Of a DNA stretch of 64,000 nt, positions 1 to 12,759 are shown one piece after another. Source of the stretch: Leucoraja erinacea (Eukaryota); the NCBI RefSeq assembly GCF_028641065.1, contig NC_073403.1, forward strand, positions 10,540,001-10,604,000, written 5' to 3'. The notes beneath the pieces were generated by a model. The model worked only from the letters and a program-made list of their open reading frames with translations. It was not told the origin of the DNA and did not search any database. Both the position numbers and the translations under genes were made by a program. Each line of letters opens with the position of its first letter. Position 1 is the first letter of the stretch.

Positions 1-2629
1 CAGTACAAATGGTACAATTGATTTTTGGCAACAGAGTATAACATGCAGTGGGATTCCACGTGTGCATTTGGTGCAAACTACTGCTGGTGAATATAAATGC
101 TGTTGGAATCAGACAACAACCTGTGTTATTTCTGCCAAAAAAGGATGAATCATAAGGAGCCATTTGACCGATTTTCATATTGAATTAATATTGTTTCTTT
201 TTGCAACAATAGCAGATAGCAAGCCTCCAATACATGCAAGTGATCGAATTATAAGATTACAATGTTGCCCCTAACGATATCGCACAATGTCCATTGTTAA
301 AGCTTTTTCCTTACTGGTTTCAAACCTGCAGCCTAAAATCTCATTAAAAGCAAAACTTATTGGGCTGTTTAACTGCTGAGGAAGCAGGTGATGGTTTGGC
401 TCTAACTTTCAGTGGAGTGAGACAAAAGATGAACAGCAGTAGACAGAAAATGCTGGAGTAATTCAGCGGGACAAGCAGCATCACTGGAGAGAAGGAATGG
501 GTGAAGTTTCGGGTTGAGACCCTTCTCACAGCAGTGTTGCTGATAGAGTTATATGAAATTACAAGTTGCATAGATAGTTTAAAAAAAAAAATCCACATAG
601 AGATATAATCTTAATCTGGGGGTTAAGGCAAATTACTCAAGTTTTAGAAGGGATCTGAAGTAGACCATTTTCATCCAGAGTGTTGTTGAAATATGGAGTG
701 CACTATCTTTGCGGATGGTGAAAACGCATGCACACCATTTAAGTATCTAGAAGCAGGTAAATTTGTATACGGTGACTGGATCAAATAAACTTGATTAATA
801 AAAACAAGCACAGTATGGAAACAGGCCCCCTCTATTCTATAACACTCCACAGAACCTCAACGTTCACTGTGAAAGTCCTATCCTGGTTTGACTTCCCAAA
901 ATGTAATGCGTTACACTTATCCGAACCAAACTTAATTTGCCCTTGGCCCACTACTTAGCTGATCAAGATTTTACTGTGATTCTTGATAATCTTGACTGTC
1001 TACCTATTCCAGTGCCATATGCAAACTTGGCAACCCTGCCTTGCACATTCTCATCCAAATCACCAATATAGATGACTTCATACTTGATGGGTGTCATAGA
1101 TATGACAGCCCCCTGTTTCTATGCGTTACACTATTTTGCACTGAATCAAATAAATGTCCCAAGTTGCAAGTTGCATCAGGAACGTCAAATATTTAAATGA
1201 TGATTGGATGTTGATGAAGACTAGTGAAAATTAAGCTTAAAATATTCAACAAAAATAGCTCAAAAGCAGATGATGTACCAGATTGTACATTAGTTTTCAT
1301 GACATTTCATCCGGCATTGGCTCTTAATACTAATTACTGTTCTGTACTGTGTAATGCAACATAATTTCAGGATTCACAATGTTTGACACAATAATGCTTA
1401 AATACCATTAACCTTTTCAAAATGTCCTGCTTGAAGTATCGCAGTCATTATGTTCTGAATCCGTGATCCAGTCGTCTAAATTAATAATTAGGAGCCAGGA
1501 TTATTCTTCCAAAGTAGTAGATTTTTTCCTTCATTTCATCTAAAGGAATTAATTAGCAATGGTAGGCTGGTTTTGTAATGATGAAGGAATCTATCCGAAC
1601 ATCCGTCGAGTTTATTTATATCCTTAAGAAAAACAAGCATGCACCCTTCACTATGTAAGGTACATTAATAATTCCACACCCACATCAATGTGATTAACTT
1701 TAAAACTCTTCTATGAAATAGCCTTGTATGACAATCCAAGAGTAATGAGAGATGGGCAATGAATTGCCATTGCCGCCTATTTCCAATCAATGAATCAACA
1801 AGACACGATGTTGACAACTTTTATGAATGACAATTGAAGCAATGATAGAACAGTTATTCTGACATGACTAATGCTGATCTATTTTTAGTTACTGCTGGGT
1901 GTGGATTGCAAAGTAAAGCGCGAAATATAACATTGATGGGGGTGAAGTCACACCGAGTCTGAAATTGGTTGGTGGCACCGCCTGGTACAATGAGCCAAGT
2001 GCCAAGAGTTGCGTGTGACGGTAGCGTGGTCAGCATGCCATAGCAATCCAAATATCAGCATGCCATAGCAATCCAAATAACTCCCAGGAGCGGGACATGG
2101 TCTGCACACTCCTGGCAGCGAATTGTTATTCTTATTTCACCAGGCAGATTTGTACATAATCCCCAAGATAATGTTTGAACAGTTGACCTAGTAGTGAAAA
2201 GGGGACACAAAAGTGTTGTAGTAACACAGCGCCCAGGCAGCATTGCGGGCGAACATGAATAGGTGACGTTTTGGATCGACGTCCTTTTTTGGACTGATCA
2301 ATAAGCCACCCCTATCCATGTTCTGAGACGCTGAGTTACTCCAACACTTTGTGTCCTTTTTTCACTAATAGGTCTGTTCAAACATTATCTTGTGGATTAT
2401 TTACAAATCTGTAGTTCCGTGTTTCTGCACCTTACCCTTTAATAACATGCCATGAATGTTGTGGTTTGTACAGACTGACACAATGTTGTTGGCAATTTTG
2501 ATGTCACTGTGTTAAAATAACTCCAACATTTCCTAAAGATCACTGAAGCACTTCATTCTTATTTAAAGCAACGCTGAGTACCGCTGTTATTTTCTGTCCA
2601 TGCGTCCTGAACATAGCAATGTTGAGTTG

Positions 2630-2670
2630 ATTCTGGAAGCGTCCGGAGCTCTGCCCGTGGAATATATAAG
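2630..2670 (+). promoter_or_regulatory. Heat-shock element plus TATA box of hsp30 copy 1
   Basis: Alternating pentamers aTTCt-gGAAg-cGTCc-gGAGc at 2630-2649; TATATAAG at 2663-2670, ~95 nt upstream of the ATG. Confidence 0.8.
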
Positions 2671-2763
2671 GCGTGTGTTCCGAGGGCTGCGACAGATCAG
2701 ACACTGAAGTCTACGAGTTCATACCAGCCGGTTTTGAGCGAAGTGACAGAAGAGGCAGAGACG

Positions 2764-3414
2764 ATGCTGAGCTGCCGGACTTTCCTCCCTTCCCGTCGGT
2801 GGCAGCAGCCTGTGCACACACTGTGGTCCGCTCCACTCGCTGTCTTTGAGCCGCTCGAGTGGCCCGGGTGGGAACAGCCGCAGGAAATGAGAAAGGGCTT
2901 GAACTTCATGGAGCGAATTTTCGCGGAGCTGGCGAGAGAGTTCTGGGGGGAAAGAACAAGGAATGAGAAGCAGAGAGTCGATGCCGGTGGAGAGGTTCAA
3001 GGGAAGACGGTGGACGAGGGTGGAGATGGTTTTTCTCTGTCCCTGGATGTGCCGCGATTCTCCCCGGAAGAACTGAAGGTGAAAGTACTTGGAAGAAAAG
3101 TGCTGGTGACGGGAAAACACGAGAAGAAGAGCGGGGACGGCAGCGGCTCTTACAGCTACAAATACGAAGAGTTCAGGAGGGAGTTCCAGCTGCCAGAAGA
3201 CGTCGACGCTGAAGCTGTGAATTGCTGTTTGTCTCACGATGGCCAGTTAAAGGTTCGAGCCCCACGCCTGGCGCTGCCGGCTACGGATGAGCGAATCGTC
3301 CCCATCACCATTGAATCTGATACAACGAACGGTACCCGTCTAACTCCCGGCGGAGAGGCACAGACACAGGAGAATGGGAGAGTTGACGGGAACAAAGAAA
3401 CTAAGGACAGTTAA
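2764..3414 (+). CDS. hsp30: Small heat shock protein, Hsp30/HSPB9-like, copy 1 (intronless, 216 aa)
   Basis: Alpha-crystallin domain (FSLSLDVPRFSPEELKVKVLGRKVLVTGKHEKK...FRREFQLPEDVD...LSHDGQLKVRAP) and C-terminal IXI-type motif (VPITI). First ATG at 2764 (track ORF starts at an upstream TTG); TAA 3412-3414; AATAAA at 3572 and 3592. Confidence 0.92.
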   Translation: MLSCRTFLPSRRWQQPVHTLWSAPLAVFEPLEWPGWEQPQEMRKGLNFMERIFAELAREFWGERTRNEKQRVDAGGEVQGKTVDEGGDGFSLSLDVPRFSPEELKVKVLGRKVLVTGKHEKKSGDGSGSYSYKYEEFRREFQLPEDVDAEAVNCCLSHDGQLKVRAPRLALPATDERIVPITIESDTTNGTRLTPGGEAQTQENGRVDGNKETKDS

Positions 3415-3968
3415 GACTAATTTGTAATGCAAACCTAAAAAATGACCATAAAAATGTATGATGTGAATATATTTTCACATTAATGTTATATAAATTCGTG
3501 TTTGCTTGACAGTCAAAATTTGCTCACAGTACCAATACATTCACGTGGATTATTTTATATAAACGTATTGAAATAAATAAACATTTTGAAGAATAAAATC
3601 TTTGCTTTGGTTTGTTATCTTTCAAAATGCATGTTTGGAAACCATGCAATCACGTTCCAGGTATATGTGGGGGTTGTTTGTTTTTTTACACTGGTAAGCT
3701 ATTCTACTAAACACAGTCACATCAGACACAGTTTAATAAATAATGTCAGTGCATTGCACCGGACCAATAGACTGCCACTTGTCTCTGCCCGGATGTATTT
3801 CCCGCGGAGTCACAATGACAGCTTCTTTCAACGCGGGGGACTACTGTCCAGCATTTAGAATTTAAGAAGGCAGTGATACCTTTTTTATTTGAACTTCACG
3901 GTTTAGTATCAACACTTGTGAGAGCGATAAAACTATTTCCTTGGGAAATTTTATACAGCCTGAGTTTA

Positions 3969-5357
3969 ACCATATAACCATATAACATTACAGCACGGAA
4001 ACGGGCCATCTCGGCCCTACAAGTCCGTGCCGAACAATTTTTTTTCCCCTTTTTTGTCCTCTTGTTTGAATCTTCCCTATTCTCAAAGGGAAAAGGTTGT
4101 CCACATCAACTCTGTCTATCCCTCTCATCATTTTAAAGACCTCTATCAGGCCCCCCCCTTAACCTTCTGCGCTCCAGAGAATAAAGACCTAACTTATTCA
4201 ACCTATCTCTGTAACTTAGTTGTTGAAACCCAGGCAACATTCTAGTAAATCTCCTCTGTACTCTCTCTATTTTGTTGACATCCTTCCTATAATTGGGCGA
4301 CCAAAATGTACACCATACTCCAGATTTGGTCTCACCAATGCCTTGTACAATTTTAACGTTACATCCCAGCTTCTATACGCAATGCTCTGATTTATAAAGG
4401 CTAGCATACCAAAAGCTTTCTTTACCACCCTATCTATATGAGATTCCACCTTCAAAGAACTATGCACGGTTATACCCAGATCCCTCTGTTCAACTGTAGT
4501 CTTCAATTCCCTACCATTTACCATGTACGTCCTATTTTGATTTGTCCTGCCAAGGTGTAGCACCTCACATTTATCAGCATTAAACTCCATCTGCCATCTT
4601 TCAGCCCATTTTTCCAAATGGCCTAAATCACTCTGTAGACTTTGGAAATCCTCTTCATTATCCACAACACCCCCTATCTTGGTATCATCTGCATACTTAC
4701 TAATCCAATTTACCACACCTTCATCCAGATCATTGATGTACATGACAAACAACAAAGGACCCAACACAGATCCCTGAGGCACCCCACTAGTCACCTGCCT
4801 CCAACCCGATAAACAGCCATCCGCCATTACCCTCTGGCTTCTCCCATTCAGCCACTGTTGAATCCATCTTGCTATTCCTGCATTTATACCCAACAGTTGA
4901 ACCTTCTTAACCAACCTTCCATGAGGAACCTTGTCAAAGGCCTTACTAAAGTCCATATAGACAACATCCACTGCTTTACCCTCGTCAATTTCCCTAGTAA
5001 CCTATTCAAAAAATTCAAGAAGATTAGTCAAACATGACCTTCCAGGCACAAATCCATGTTGACTGTTCCTAATCAGACCCTGTTTATCTAGATGCTTATA
5101 TATATTATCTCTAAGTATCTTTTCCATTAATTTGCCCACCACTGAAGTCAAACTAACAGGTCTATAATTGCTAGGTTTACTCTTAGAACCCTTTTTAAAC
5201 AATGGAACAACATGCGCAGTACGCCAATCCTCGGGAACTATTCCCGTTTCTAATGACATTTGAAATATTTCTGTCATAGCCCCGGCTATTTCTACACTAA
5301 CTTCCCTCAATGTCCTAGGGAATATCCTGTCAGGACCTGGAGACTTATCCACTTTTA
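3969..5357 (-). mobile_element. CR1-clade LINE, 5'-truncated, RT fragment
   Basis: ORFs 4267-4971 and 5002-5357 carry [40 protein letters not shown]; short tandem tail near 3969; same subfamily as 48802-50518. Confidence 0.9.
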
Positions 5358-6012
5358 TACACGTATCCACTTTTTTAACAGTTATACTTTGTACACACTC
5401 GAGGCCAGTGTCGTCCAGACACAATGGGGTGCAGACCATTTCTGGGAGGGTCACTGATCCCTTATATTGAGTCGGTGAAATTATTGTAGCTCTGGCACTG
5501 GGTGAACGGGTGAGGTGGTAAGACCCGTAAAGGGAGAGTGAATCCCCAGAGTTTTGCAGGTTGCCTACATCACGTGGCCAATGTCATGATCTTGTATAAA
5601 AATAAACGTCATAGCCGTTGATAGAAACCAAGATCAAAGCCAAATCAACTCTTGAGTGTTCACTGTACCCTGGGATAGAGACTAAAGTATTGTAACCCAT
5701 GTGGATACCAAATGCATAAACACTTATGTCAAAGATGGTCAACGACTTGCTCTTGTGTGACAACATGCCTGAATGTTGCCTCTGATTTTGTATCATTTTC
5801 TGACGAAATGCTAATTACTTTGAACTTTGTGCAAAACATCGCTTTCTTATGCGAGATAGTAGCCGGACATGGTTTGACTCGGGGTACAACCCAGGGGCAG
5901 TCCAGTAGGACAAATATCCAGGTCTCGGTCAAAAGCGGCTGGGTTTGTTAAAGCCATTTGCCAGTATATACTTACGAAGTTCAGGATTTTGCTTCATGTC
6001 TGCAATGAGAGA

Positions 6013-6275
6013 CATAGAAACATAGAAATTAGGTGCAGGAGTAGGCCATTCGGCCCTTCGAGCCTGCACCGCCATTCAATATGATCATGGCTGATCATCC
6101 AACTCAGTATCCCGTACCTGCCTTCTCTCCATACCCCCTAATCCCCTTAGCCACAAGGGCCACATCTAACTCCCTCTTAAATATAGCCAATGAACTGGCC
6201 TCAACTACCCTCTGTGGCAGAGAGTTCCAGAGATTCACCACTCTCTGTGTGAAAAAATTTCTTCTCATCTCGGTT
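6013..6275 (-). mobile_element. CR1 LINE 3' end
   Basis: Encodes RRNFFTQRVVNLWNSLP...GYGEKAGTGY; (catagaaa) tandem tail; matches 13170-13419 and 60770-61024. Confidence 0.85.
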
Positions 6276-6798
6276 GCCAAGTGACCCATGAATCCCACTC
6301 TTTGTCTCTTCTCTTTGTCTCTCGATTCTTAAGTTATCCTCTCTGATGTAATTTTCCAATTACCCACCCTGGCTCCGAACCTCAGGCTCTCAGTTCACTT
6401 TTTATTGCCCTTAATTATTCCCATTAGAGAACCCGAGACTGACCCACTAAATAGAGTCATAGTCAATGAGATAGATAGCTTGAAAGCAGACCCTTCAGCC
6501 CAACTCATCAATGCCGATCAAGATGCCCACTTCGAATAGTCATATTTGAAACCCCAAATTTGTTTGTATAGCAAAAACACAGCTATTATCCATATACAAA
6601 CACGTTTTATTTCCATATACAGCACACATGGAAATTACACAATAAAGTATAAAATTTGTTAAATGCTAATTAAAGCAGTGTTTTAGATCAGTCAAGGAGT
6701 TATATATTTTGCTGCTCTTGCAGAAGTTTGCACAAAGTTCAGCTCCACAGTAAACAACCAACGGGAAATTGTCGTTGTGAAGGAGCAGGAAGAGTTGC

Positions 6799-7452
6799 TC
6801 ATTGTTGAACAGCCGATGACTTGTTCCCCACAACGTTCCCACTCTCTTGCTCCTGCGCCTCTCCACCGGGATTTAACCGCGGACTAGTTGTTGTATCAGA
6901 GGCGACGTTGATGGGGACGCCTCGCTCATCCGCAGCCGGCAGCGCCAGGCGTGGGGCTCGAACCTTTAACCGACCGTCCTGGGACAAACAGCAGTTCAGA
7001 GATTCAGCATCGACGTCTTCTGGCAGCTGGAACTCCCTCCTGAACTCTTCGTATTTGTAGCTGTAAGAGCCGCTGCCGTCCTCGCTCTTCTTCTCGTGTT
7101 TTCCCGTCACCAGCACTTTTCTTCCAAGTACTTTCACCTTCAGTTCTTCAGGGGAGAATCGCGGCACATCCAGGGACAGAGAAAAACCATCTCCATCCTT
7201 GTCCACTGTCTCCCCGTGAACCTCTCCACCGGCATCGACTCTCTGCTTCTCATTCCTTGCTCTTCCCCCCCTGAACTCTCTCGCCAGCTCCTCGACAACT
7301 CGCTCCATGAAGTTCGTGCCCGGTCTCGCTTCCACCGCCTGTTCCCACGCGGGCCACTCGAGCGGCTCAAAGACAGCGAGTGGAGCGGACCACAGTGTGT
7401 GCACAGGCTGCTGCCACCGACGGGAAGGGAGGAAAGTCCGGCAGCTCAGCAT
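6799..7452 (-). CDS. hsp30: Small heat shock protein, Hsp30/HSPB9-like, copy 2 (217 aa)
   Basis: Same alpha-crystallin domain; ATG at 7452-7450, TGA at 6801-6799; minus-strand AATAAA near 6606-6611. Confidence 0.92.
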   Translation of the reverse strand: MLSCRTFLPSRRWQQPVHTLWSAPLAVFEPLEWPAWEQAVEARPGTNFMERVVEELAREFRGGRARNEKQRVDAGGEVHGETVDKDGDGFSLSLDVPRFSPEELKVKVLGRKVLVTGKHEKKSEDGSGSYSYKYEEFRREFQLPEDVDAESLNCCLSQDGRLKVRAPRLALPAADERGVPINVASDTTTSPRLNPGGEAQEQESGNVVGNKSSAVQQ

Positions 7453-7545
7453 CGTCTCTGCCTCTTCTGTCACTTGGCTCAAAACCGGCTGGTATGAACT
7501 CGTAGACTTCAGTGTCTGATCTATCGCAGCCCTCGGAACACACGC

Positions 7546-7586
7546 CTTATATATTCCACGGGCAGAGCTCCGGACGCTTCGAGAAT
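7546..7586 (-). promoter_or_regulatory. HSE plus TATA box of hsp30 copy 2
   Basis: Minus-strand aTTCtcGAAgcGTCcgGAGc at 7586-7567 and TATATAAG at 7553-7546; a second TTCtgGAA lies near 7666-7673. Confidence 0.8.
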
Positions 7587-8730
7587 GAGCCAGTCATTGC
7601 TGGGCTCCGGGCTCGTCACTGACGCTTGAAACAAGAATGACTCGGCACTGACGCCCACAGGGCGGTTCCAGAAACGGCGGGATGTGCTCAGCCCGGGCGA
7701 TTGACAGCCCGGCCTGAGGTAGCAGGCACTCGGGAATGGCGAGCAATACACCAGAGGAACTCAACTGGTCATAGGTTTAGATATATGATTGTCACCTGTG
7801 CAGTTACAAGCTTTGTGTTGCATGCTGCCCAATACCATACATAGATACAATCAGTTCAATCTCATGTACAATAGATAGAACAATGGGGGAGATACAAAGT
7901 GCAGAATATAGTTCTCAATATTGTAGCCTATCAGTTCCTTAGACAAAGTCCAATGTCCTCATTACGGTAGAGGTGAATCGAAAAAATGTCATAGTTTAGA
8001 TAGACACAAAATGTTGGAGTAACTTACTGTGATGGACTGAGCATGTTACAGAAGTTTGAAAGCCCCTCGACCAGACTCAGGAACAGCTTCTTCCCCTCCG
8101 TTATCAGGCATCAGGACGGTCCTTCCATAAGCTTTTCGCATTTCACACGTCACAATAAAGTAAACCAAACTAAGCCAGGTCTGAAGAAGGGTCTCGACGC
8201 GAAAGATCACCCATTCCTTCTCTCCAGATATGCTGCCTGTATTGCTGAGTTGCTCCAACATTATGTGTCTATCTAAGCCGGGACATTTTTTGTGCGGTAG
8301 CTGTTGGTGAGGAATGAAATTCAGTCCCTTGAATTCAGTCCCGGTGACATTGAAACAGATGTGGAGTCAGTATGGATATAACTAAGGAATTGTAAGTGTA
8401 AAAAGACCCTAATAGGACTTATCTACAGGCCCCCAAACAGTAGCCTGGATATAGGGTGCAAGTTGAATCAAGAGTTAAAATTGGCATGTAGTAAAGGTAA
8501 TGCTGTGGTTGATATGGGAGATTTCAACATGCAGGTAGACTGGGAAAATCAGGTTGGTACTGGACCTCGAGAAAGGGAGTTTGTGGAGTGCCTCCCTGAT
8601 GGACTCTCAGAGCAGCTTGCATTGGAGCCTACCAGGAGAAGGCAATTCTGGATTTAGTGTTATGTAATGAACCGGATTTGATAAAGGAACTTGAGGTTAA
8701 GGAGCCATTAGGAGGTAGTGACCATAATAT

Positions 8731-9201
8731 TGAAATAGTTTGTTATTAATTGATTGTTGTCATATTTAAGTTTTCCTGTTGTAAAAGGCCAATTGTAATG
8801 CTTGATGGGATTTGGACAACTTCCATCGTGACAAGGGTTTTTTTAACTTAAGGTGAAAAGTTCGCAGCTCTCTTGCAAGGTTTTTTATGTAAGTTGAAGA
8901 GGTTAATCAGATCCGAAGGGGCCTAGAGGATGCCATTGGGGTGACTGGCTTTTGGCAAAGAGTGAAAAACAACTCCATATTTGGAGGTGGATGATGGTTT
9001 ACATTACATCATGCAATTAGTTTTATTTCAGTACGTATATAAACTTGCGTGTTCTGGTATTTCTTTGTGTGTGCTGCTGGAGATTCAGACGTGAAACTTT
9101 TGCCTCTGAGTCTCTCAGTCCACACCCGTCAGACGTTAAATTAAAGCATTGTATGGTCTTAAGAATTTGTACTTTGTCTATCTTTTAAGTGAACTTTTTC
9201 A
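8731..9201 (+). mobile_element. Solo LTR (471 bp) inserted in CR1
   Basis: TGAAATAGTT...AACTTTTTCA termini (9/10 inverted match), ATAT target duplication (8727-8730, 9202-9205), internal TATATAA (~9036) and ATTAAA (~9140); CR1 sequence resumes on both sides. Confidence 0.7.
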
Positions 9202-10796
9202 ATATGGTCTGGTTTAATCTACAATCGGAGAGGGAGAAGGGTAGATCGGAGGTGTCAGTGTTACAGTTAACTGTAACACTATGGAGCCATAAGGTAGGAG
9301 CTGGCCAAAGTTGACTGGAAAGATACCCTAGCAGGGATGACAGTGGAACAACAGTGGCAGGTATTTCTAGGAATAATACAGAAGGTGCAGGATCAGTTCA
9401 TTTCAAAGAGGAAGAAAGATTCCAAGGGGAGTAAGGGGCGACTGTGGCTGACAAGGGATGTCAGGGACATTATATAAATAAAAGAGAAGAAGTATAACAT
9501 AGCTAAGATGAGCGGGAAGCAAGAGGATTGGGTAATGTTTAAAGAGCAACTCAAGATAACTAAAAAGACAATACGGAGAGAAAAGATGTGGCACGAAGGT
9601 AAGCTAGCCAAGAATATAAAGGAGGATAGTAAAAGCTCTTTAGGTATATGAAGAGGAAACAATTAGTTAAGACCAAAGTTGGACCCTTGAAGACTGAAAA
9701 AGGTGAATTTATTATGGGGAACAAGGAAATGGCAGATGAGTTGAACAGGTACTTTGGATCCATCTTCACTAAGGAGAACACAAACAATCTTCCTGATATA
9801 GTAGTGGCCAGAGAATCTGGGGTGACGGAGGAACTGAAGGAAATCCACATTAGGCAGGAAATGATGTTGGGTAGACTGATGGGACTGAAGGCTGATGAAT
9901 CCCCAGGGCCTGATGGTCTGCATCCCAGGGTACTTCAGCAAGTGGCTCTTGAAATCGTGGATGCATTGGTGACAATAATGTTCTATAGATTCAGGATCAG
10001 TTCCACTGGATTGGAGGGTAGCTAATGTTATCCCACTTTTTAAGAAAGGCAGGAGAGAGAAAACAGGGAATTACAGTCAGCCTGACATCGGTGGTGGGGA
10101 AGATGCTGGAGTTAATTGTAAAAGATGAAATAGTGGCACATTTGGATAGCAGTAACAGGATCGGTCTGAGTCAGCATGGATTTCTAAAAGGGAAATCGTG
10201 CTTGACAAATTGTCTGGAATTTTTTGAAGATGTAGCTAGGAAAATGGACAAGGGAGAGCCAGTGGATGTAATGTACCTGGACTATCAGAAAGCATTTGAT
10301 AAGGTCCCACATAAGAGATTACTGGGCAAAATTAGGGCACATGGTATTGGGGGTAGAGTGCTGACATGGATAGGAAATTGGAAATTGGTTGGCAGACGGG
10401 AAACAAAGAGTTAGGGATTAACGGGTCCCTTTCAGAATGGCTGGCAGTGACTAGTGGGGTACCGCAAGGCTCGGTGCTGGGACTGCACCTATTTACAATA
10501 TACATCAATGATTTGGATTCAAAGTAACATTAGCACATTTGCAGATGATACAAAGCTGAGTGGCAGTGTGAACTGGGAGGAGGATGCTATGAGAATGCAG
10601 GGTGACTTGGACAGGTCGGGGAGGGGGCAGATGTATGGCAGATGGAGTTTAATGTGGATAAATGTGAGGTTATCCACTTTGGTATCAAAAACAGGAAGGC
10701 AGATTACTATCTAAATGGCATCAAGTTGGGAAAAGGGGAAGTACAATGGGATCTGGAGGCCCTTGTCCATCAGTCTATGAAAGTAAGCATGCAGGT

Positions 10797-11234
10797 AATA
10801 ATAATAATAATACATTTTATTTATGGGTGCCTTTCAAGAGTCTCAAGGACACCTTACAAAAATTTAGCAAGTAGAGGAAAAACATGTAAGCGGAATGAAA
10901 TAAATAGTAGAGACATGACTAGTACACAAGTTAAAGATAGAATTCAATTCAAAACACAATATGAGGCAATACAAGCACAGATGAAAAGGGAGGGGGACGT
11001 GGGGCTAAGGATAGGCAGAGGTGAAGAGATGGGTCTTGAGGCGGGACTGGAAGATGGTGAGGGACACGGAATTGAGGATCAGTTGGGGGAGGGAGTTCCA
11101 GAGCCTGGGAGCTGCCCTGGAGAAGGCTCTGTCCCCAAGACTGCGGAGGTTGGACTTGTGGATGGAGAGGAGACCGGTTGATGTGGATCTGAGGGACCGT
11201 GATGGTTGGTAGGGGGAGAGGAGGTCCGTGAGAT

Positions 11235-11272
<38 letters not shown>

Positions 11273-12759
11273 GATGGTGGAGGGATTTGTAGGTGAGGAC
11301 CAGGATTTTGTAGATGATCCGGTGGGAGATGGGAAGCCAGTGAAGTTGTTTGAGGACTGCAGTGATGTGATGCCAGGATTTGGCGTGGGTGATCTGGATC
11401 GGGCGGCTGCGTTCTGGACCAGTTGGAGTCGGTTGATGTAGGTGGAGCTGATGCCAAGGAGAAGTGAGTTGCAGTAGTCCAGTCGGGAGGAGATGAAGGC
11501 ATGGATGAGTCTTTCAGCAGCGGGAGGTGTGAGAGAGGGTCTGAGTTTGGCGATGTTGCGGAGGTGAAAGAAGGAGGTTTTAATGACATGGCGGATGTGA
11601 GGCTCAAGGGAGAGGGTGGAATCAAAGATCACGCCAAGGTTGCGGGCATGGGGAGATGGGGAGACAGTGGTGCCGTCGATGGTGAGAGTGGGGTAATTGA
11701 TTTTGCTGAGTGTGGATTTGGAGCCTATGAGGAGGAATTCTGTTTTATCGCTGTTGAGTTTGAGGAAGTTATGTTGCATCCAGGTTTTTATAGCTGACAA
11801 ACAGGAGTTGATATGGGAGAGGGGGGAGGTTGTGGGGGGATTTGGTGCCGAGGTAGATCTGGGTGTTATCGGCGTAACAGTGGAAGTCCAGGTTGAAATG
11901 GCGGAGTATCTGACCAAGGGGGAGGATGTAGATGATGAAGAGGAGGGGGCCGAGTACGGAGCCTTGGGGAACGCCTTGAGTGACTGTGGCTGTAGCAGAG
12001 GTGTGGTTATGGAGAGAGATGAAGTGGGATCTGTTGGAAAGGTAGGAACAGAGCCAGCTGAGTGCAGAACCTTCAATGCCAAGGTCCCCAAGTCTGGTAA
12101 GCAGGATGTTATGGTTCACTGTATCGAAGGCTGCGCTCAGGTCGAGGAGGATGAGGATGTTGAGGGAACCAGTGTCAGCAGAGGTGAGGAGGTCGTTGAG
12201 GACTTTGAGGAGAGCAGTTTCTGTGCTATGGAGGGGGCGAAAGCCAGGTTGGAGGGGTTCAAATAGGTTATACGCAAGGAGGTGGGAATGAAGTTGTGAC
12301 GCAACGATACGCTCCAGGGTTTTTGAAAGAAAGGGGAGGTTTGAGATTGGGTGGTAGTTAATGAGAGAGGAGGGATCAAGACCAGGTTTCTTTAAGATAG
12401 GTGTGACAGCAGCAGTTTTGAAAGCGGAGGGGACAATTCCTTGGGACAATGAGGAGTTGAAGAGATTAGTGAGGTAGGGGCAGAGAACGGGGAGGCAGGA
12501 CTTCAGCAGGGGAGTGGGGAGAGGGTCGAGGGAGCAGGTAGTGGGTTTGGAAGAGCTGATGAGTTTGGAGATTTCAGTAGGGGTGACCAGGTCAAACTGG
12601 GAGAGGAAGCAGTGTGGAGGAGGGGTAAGGAGGTCAGTGGAGATGTTGAAAGGAGGGGCCTTGGTAGGTGGTGAAGTAGATGCTGGGGAGTCGGGTACAG
12701 GGGATAAAGATTGATAGATGGTGCTGATTTTATCAGCGAAAAAGTGGAGGAATGAGTGG
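10797..12759 (-). mobile_element. L2-clade LINE, 5'-truncated, nested in CR1
   Basis: Frameshifted RT with [74 protein letters not shown]; (TTA)n tail at 10797-10812; splits CR1 at ...catgcaggta|cagcaggcagtg. Confidence 0.88.

Larger units (their letters stand above)
6701..7781 (-). repeat. Left arm of inverted segmental duplication (hsp30 copy 2)
   Basis: Reverse complement nearly identical to 13420-14503, including ~330 nt upstream and ~100 nt of 3'UTR. Confidence 0.9.

Noticed and set aside
1-2600. KAT2A exons expected from synteny
   Set aside because: No recognisable coding exons; only AT-rich sequence and LINE remnants.
2734-2763. N-terminal extensions of the hsp30 track ORFs (also 7453-7482 and 13724-13753)
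   Set aside because: They start at TTG; the first ATG, 30 nt downstream, is the eukaryotic start.
2719-3237. Antisense and alternate-frame ORFs over the hsp30 genes and their promoters (e.g. 7096-7497, 7521-7751, 13455-13685)
   Set aside because: Shadows of GC-rich duplicated sequence; their recurrence is explained by the duplication and they carry no recognisable domain.
11005-11625. Poly-proline and poly-glycine ORFs
   Set aside because: Produced by a G homopolymer inside the L2 element.
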